A DNA stretch of 64,000 nucleotides from IMG/VR virus record IMGVR_UViG_3300021599_001018, positions 1-64,000 of that record. One strand, written 5' to 3'. Below, one piece after another: positions 59,735 to 64,000 of this stretch. Below the pieces are notes generated by a model. It had not been told where the DNA came from. It made no database searches and saw only the letters and a list, made by a program, of their open reading frames with translations. Within the stretch, counting starts at the first letter, position 1. The number at the start of each line of letters is the position of its first letter. A program made the position numbers and the translations under genes. The stretch is from a virus.

Positions 59735-60223
59735 TTAAAATCTTTTAACAAGTTCTCTATAATCTCTTTGTAGTGCTCGAGTCAAAGCATCTACACCGGG
59801 GTTATCAGAATCAGCTACAGGCATTTGCTGTTGAGGCATATTAACTGTTCTGTAATCCATTGTTTCCCAATCATCCTCCATAGATACCGATGGTTGAATG
59901 GCATCTAAAATGCTACCGCCTGTTGCTCCCATTGCTGGTCCGCCCTCTGCTTTTTGTGCTGCGGTAAATGGAGTTGTTTGGTTAAGTATTTCATTTAACA
60001 TACTATTATTAGTATATTGCTTTTCTACCTTTGGTTTAGCAACTACATTCGGTTTCACTCTTGGTTTAACCGACTCACTTAAAGTTGGTGTAGCCGATTG
60101 TTTCTTTGAGTTTAATGTAACCGCACCAGATTTGACCAATTTAACTAATTCTTCTTTAACTTGGTTTTTTACTTCATTTTTAACTATTTCCTTAATTAAG
60201 GACACTAAAATATCTGATTTCAT
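59735..60223 (-). CDS. Hypothetical protein
   Basis: 162 aa behind promoter motif at 60240-60247. Confidence 0.6.
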   Translation of the reverse strand: MKSDILVSLIKEIVKNEVKNQVKEELVKLVKSGAVTLNSKKQSATPTLSESVKPRVKPNVVAKPKVEKQYTNNSMLNEILNQTTPFTAAQKAEGGPAMGATGGSILDAIQPSVSMEDDWETMDYRTVNMPQQQMPVADSDNPGVDALTRALQRDYRELVKRF

Positions 60224-60265
60224 AATAAAATACTTTTTAATAAATATCGAAAGATAAAATTTAAT

Positions 60266-60814
60266 TTAGCCCGCAGTATATCCAGTCCAAGGTAAAACGC
60301 CCGGCGCAACTGGCGGAGGTGAACCTGGATATATACAAATACAATTATGTAGTCCGGAAACCGTTGTCAAATGTATTGTTGCAGTGGCACAAAATGCATT
60401 TATAAAAATTTGAGGATTATTATTCGCAGGAACCGATAAAGGCGTCCATACACCAGGACTTAAAACAGGTGCACCGGTGACTGATATGTTTTGGATTGCT
60501 CCCGGACATGGAATGGCCGGAGGTATTGGTAGAATGGTAGCACCTGTCCAATATGCTATAACCGCTGGACCAACTATTGTTAGAAAGTCTGGAGCATTTG
60601 TTTTTTGTGTTGTTGATAATAAAGATACTAGTTGCGATTGCATAGCACCTTTATTCCCTTGTAAGCAAGGTATACTTGTAATGGTTGTTCTACCTGTTTT
60701 TATTGATAAATCATACGCACTAGCAAATGTTGCAGCAAATGTTTCCAAGCTATTACCAAATGTATGACTTTGCATAGCGGGCAACAATGTTGATTTGAAT
60801 GTTCCCCAACTCAT
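60266..60814 (-). CDS. Pro-rich protein, possibly spike-associated
   Basis: 182 aa, directly after the putative hub/spike gene. Confidence 0.55.
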   Translation of the reverse strand: MSWGTFKSTLLPAMQSHTFGNSLETFAATFASAYDLSIKTGRTTITSIPCLQGNKGAMQSQLVSLLSTTQKTNAPDFLTIVGPAVIAYWTGATILPIPPAIPCPGAIQNISVTGAPVLSPGVWTPLSVPANNNPQIFINAFCATATIHLTTVSGLHNCICIYPGSPPPVAPGVLPWTGYTAG

Positions 60815-62052
60815 TATTTTGCGCTTAAAAAGTTATTTTTTGAAAGTATTTTATTCAACTGACCCTTTATTTGAGCAAGCTTTGATTTATCTCCCGGTTG
60901 TGGGCCAGGAGGAGTTGGGCCGGACGGTGTAAAGAATACTTGATTTTCTAATACTGTAATTAAATCTTTAAGTATTTTAACTAACTCACCACCCAAAACC
61001 ATTTGTTGAACATCCGCACCATCTTGACCGGCGCCTTTATCTTTTCCTAAATAAATTTTACCACTATCTGAATTTAAGAATATATTATTACTACCCTTTG
61101 AATGTAGTGTTATATTCTTTTCGTTGTGCATATAAATTTCATCTTTGGCATCAACTGTAAATTTAGCATCAGTTATTATTCCCGCCGTTTTTGTAGAAAA
61201 TAATATAAATTCTTCTTTTTTAGCAGATATTAAAATCCTGTCTGAATTTATGTATATTTGATGTCCTTCTAATGTGCTTGGGTAATCCTTAAATGCAACC
61301 TTTTCTTTTTTTGTAGTTTCTTTGAAAGGAATTTTTACCTTATTTGAGGTTATATAAACAGATGATCCATCTTTATTTATATCTTCTTTGACCATTGTAC
61401 CTATGGGCTTATCATCTAATGTTGGGTCTTGAAAATTACGAATAAAAATAGATGGCGATGATGTTTTACCATCTGGAGTTAAAAAAAACTCCGAAAATCT
61501 AATCGTATTACCAACTCTACCACTTAGTATAGTGTCGCCTTCTGTTGGTTCTAAAAATTTAACTTTTTCGTTTACTTTATATTTTTTACTTTTATCTTCT
61601 TCTTTTTTACTAGGAGAGTTACTTGTTGTTCCTGTACTATTAACTTCATTATAATCTTTTTGTTTTGATTTGTCATCGCCTTTTTTTATTGGCTTTTTAT
61701 CACCAACCACACTTGTTTTATAATCTTCCCTATAATTTGGATATTGTGTTACCGTATATGGTATATAAAAGTATTCATCGCTAGATTTTATTATTAGTAC
61801 CGTTTCTCCCGCTATCGGAAATGTAAAATTATTTTTATCAAGAGGAAATGCATAGTTTTCTAATTTGTAGCCCTCATCTCTATCAAATTCAATCGCACCC
61901 AGAAAACGAGCATCTTTGGAATCAAATGACTTGTTTCCGTTATATACTCTAACAAAATCCTCATCAGTTTTTAGGTCCTTAAAATCATCTTTGGTTATAT
62001 AAGTTTTTCTTACTCTAGCTAAAAATGTTTCAAATTCCGATTGCTTACTCAT
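60814..62052 (-). CDS. Baseplate hub/central-spike-like protein
   Basis: FPIAGETV OB-fold-like motif; GDTILSGRVGNTIRF; beta-repeat C-terminus; TPSGPT. Confidence 0.65.
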   Translation of the reverse strand: MSKQSEFETFLARVRKTYITKDDFKDLKTDEDFVRVYNGNKSFDSKDARFLGAIEFDRDEGYKLENYAFPLDKNNFTFPIAGETVLIIKSSDEYFYIPYTVTQYPNYREDYKTSVVGDKKPIKKGDDKSKQKDYNEVNSTGTTSNSPSKKEEDKSKKYKVNEKVKFLEPTEGDTILSGRVGNTIRFSEFFLTPDGKTSSPSIFIRNFQDPTLDDKPIGTMVKEDINKDGSSVYITSNKVKIPFKETTKKEKVAFKDYPSTLEGHQIYINSDRILISAKKEEFILFSTKTAGIITDAKFTVDAKDEIYMHNEKNITLHSKGSNNIFLNSDSGKIYLGKDKGAGQDGADVQQMVLGGELVKILKDLITVLENQVFFTPSGPTPPGPQPGDKSKLAQIKGQLNKILSKNNFLSAK

Positions 62053-62457
62053 TTATAGTTTCTTTTTTAAGTCTTCTATTTCAATTTCTATATCAGTCAA
62101 TTTTTCTCTATTCTTTTCCTCAACTTCGTTTATAGTATCTTCCATATCTGCGAGTAATTGCGCCTTTTCACTTTCACTTAACCAACCATCTTCACCAATA
62201 CCTTTGGCTTCGGCAGCGGCGAGACGTTGAGCAATAGTAGCAAGTTTAACAAGATGCTCATCGTTCTTTACCGATACTTCTATAAGGTCTTTGATTATAG
62301 GAGCAATTACAGTTGCCTCGCCTACATTACGAATAAGTTTGCGTAAAGACTCTATTAAGTCTGATATATTCTTTTTTTTGTTTTGCTGATTATCGTAAAT
62401 ATCCTTAAATAATGACGATAGGTTTTTACCATCAAACAGTTGAAATTCTGAACCCAT
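62053..62457 (-). CDS. Conserved helical phage protein
   Basis: 134 aa; VKNDEHLVKLATIAQR. Confidence 0.6.
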   Translation of the reverse strand: MGSEFQLFDGKNLSSLFKDIYDNQQNKKKNISDLIESLRKLIRNVGEATVIAPIIKDLIEVSVKNDEHLVKLATIAQRLAAAEAKGIGEDGWLSESEKAQLLADMEDTINEVEEKNREKLTDIEIEIEDLKKKL

Positions 62458-62499
62458 AAAATTATTTTTATATACTAATAACTATAAATCAAAGGAATT

Positions 62500-63192
62500 T
62501 TATATTTTTATATCACCCGTTTTATCATATTCCTCATATAATTCCATTTGCTTTTCTTTCATTTTATTTACTATCTTTGTAATATAGTGAGTAGGGTAGC
62601 CGGTCATTTCTCTAACTAAAAGATAAAGACCTTTTTTATTAAAGTTTTCAATATATTCTGCTCTACGGAATAATTCTAAAAGAGCATCTGCAATTTGTAA
62701 ATCACGTTTTTTAGTAAAGAAATTTTCAAGGTGTATATCCCAATAGGCAAGCATTCTGTTATTGAATGTTTTGAAATCATCATTTTTTACATCTTCTCTA
62801 AATGAATTTTCTTTATCCCAAGATTCGGGCATATTTGAAATAATATCTGTATCTTTGAATCTTTTGTAATTTGCATTATTATTTAGAATAAGATAATTTC
62901 TTGCTACGATTGTAAAATAAGAAAAGGCTTTACCTTTACTCTGGTCAGAATACATATGCATTTTTTCTACCATAAAGGCAACAACCTCAGCCATTACATC
63001 TTGTGGGTCATCATCGAAATATGTAAATTTCCATTTGTTATATACAATTTCTGCAAGTTTAGCAAAGGCAGATTGAATATGGTCTTTATATATCCTGTCT
63101 TTTAATAATTTATCTGTTGCTTTATTATACGCTATAATAGCATCTTCGGTTTCTTGGGTAAAGTACCTTTTTTGATTCTTTTTTCTTGGCAT
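62500..63192 (-). CDS. Putative late-transcription sigma factor (gp55-like)
   Basis: RYFT near N-terminus and KAFSYFTIVARNYLI, resembling sigma region 2 of gp55-type factors; no region 4. Confidence 0.7.
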   Translation of the reverse strand: MPRKKNQKRYFTQETEDAIIAYNKATDKLLKDRIYKDHIQSAFAKLAEIVYNKWKFTYFDDDPQDVMAEVVAFMVEKMHMYSDQSKGKAFSYFTIVARNYLILNNNANYKRFKDTDIISNMPESWDKENSFREDVKNDDFKTFNNRMLAYWDIHLENFFTKKRDLQIADALLELFRRAEYIENFNKKGLYLLVREMTGYPTHYITKIVNKMKEKQMELYEEYDKTGDIKI

Positions 63193-63193
63193 A

Positions 63194-63454
63194 TTATTTG
63201 TTTTTGAATCTTTCGATAGTTTCTTTTATTTGCTTAAATATAGAACCTACATCATCATCTTTCTCAAACATTTGACTTCTATCTATTTGTCGTAATGCCT
63301 CCAGTAATGCTTCGTTTCTTTTTAATTCGTCTTGAATAAATGTTTCATTACTATCTATCAAATCTTCATATTTTTCTAATTTTCTTAATAAATTAAAAGT
63401 TGAAAACCCTAGTAATAAATTTAATGCTATTGATATTATTATTGCTGTAATCAT
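63194..63454 (-). CDS. Small membrane-anchored coiled-coil protein
   Basis: N-terminal TM; FEKDDDVG motif. Confidence 0.6.
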   Translation of the reverse strand: MITAIIISIALNLLLGFSTFNLLRKLEKYEDLIDSNETFIQDELKRNEALLEALRQIDRSQMFEKDDDVGSIFKQIKETIERFKNK

Positions 63455-63456
63455 AA

Positions 63457-64000
63457 TTAAACTATTTCATATCCTTTTAGAAAAAACTCATTTGCTTTTT
63501 TGTATTTCACTTCAACTAATTCGCCATTCGGAGCTTTCATAATAATTTTCTCATTTCTACCATATTTTTGTTTATTTCTAATTGTGGTAGAATATACTCT
63601 ATCTTTAATTGTAAAACCATCCAAATGATCAATTTCGTGTTGAACTATTATCGTTTGTAAGGTTTCTTTTGAAACTTCATCTTTATCTCCTTCTTTATTT
63701 ACCTCAAATACTAATTCGCCCAAATTATCAGTTTGAACTGTAACTTTTGTGGAACGCAAAGTTTGTACCGGAGTATCTAATGTTTTTGGAATTGAAAGAC
63801 ATCCTTCATAAAAAACCATACCTTCTTCTCCACGTTTTGTAATAAACGGATTGATTAAAACTAGTGGTTCATCGTCCACATTGATAATACATGCACGTTT
63901 TTTAATTCCTAATTGAGTAGCTGCCAATCCAAGACCAGGATATTTTTGTAATCCCTCTTTTAATTGAAGAGTTATTTCATCAACCTCAGCTGTTGTAAAA
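63457..64000 (-). CDS. def: Peptide deformylase (5' end outside window)
   Basis: Frame open to window edge; GLGLAATQ, EGCLS, QHEIDHLDG motifs. Confidence 0.95.
   Translation of the reverse strand, partial: FTTAEVDEITLQLKEGLQKYPGLGLAATQLGIKKRACIINVDDEPLVLINPFITKRGEEGMVFYEGCLSIPKTLDTPVQTLRSTKVTVQTDNLGELVFEVNKEGDKDEVSKETLQTIIVQHEIDHLDGFTIKDRVYSTTIRNKQKYGRNEKIIMKAPNGELVEVKYKKANEFFLKGYEIV

Larger units (their letters stand above)
68..60247 (-). promoter_or_regulatory. Dispersed putative late-promoter motif ATATTTAT (sense strand)
   Basis: ATAAATAT on + strand in intergenic DNA at 68, 4464, 4502, 4924, 9714, 21011, 25980, 28387, 35929, 35946, 39645, 44676, 45931, 47904, 53331, 60240. Confidence 0.8.

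Noticed and set aside
332-60767. Plus-strand and nested ORFs in the supplied track (e.g. 25332-25898, 51846-52304)
   Set aside because: Antisense or alternate-frame shadows of long minus-strand genes with no recognisable motifs.
1-64000. Stop-codon reassignment
   Set aside because: Genes are intact and tightly packed in the standard code; TAG and TGA both end ORFs.

Overview
AT-rich 64-kb segment of a large T4-like (myovirus-type) tailed phage. The host is very probably in Bacteroidota, judged from TTTG...TAnnTTTG promoters, absence of Shine-Dalgarno sites, a Bacteroidota-type bS21 and a T9SS sorting domain. All credible genes except one small RHH regulator are on the minus strand. In transcription order (high to low coordinates): peptide deformylase, gp55-like late sigma factor, baseplate/tail block, endonuclease I-like resolvase, primase, fused Mre11-Rad50, a 1551-aa multidomain protein, spanin-like genes, large terminase, portal, a ~21.5-kb accessory block (three repeat-rich fibre proteins, GT4 glycosyltransferase, DUF1353, two exported zinc metalloproteases, membrane proteins), then head genes, prohead protease, ferritin and ribosomal protein bS21. 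Main leads: (1) a phage cassette of exported metalloproteases, one with a host type IX secretion signal; (2) a PDF carrying a SecA-like tail together with a divergent bS21; (3) a late-promoter motif that is the reverse complement of the T4 one; (4) a candidate -1 frameshift in the head operon; (5) a probable protease-processed polyprotein; (6) nonad-repeat fibres. Family assignments come from motifs read by eye and from memory of homologues; no database searches were run.
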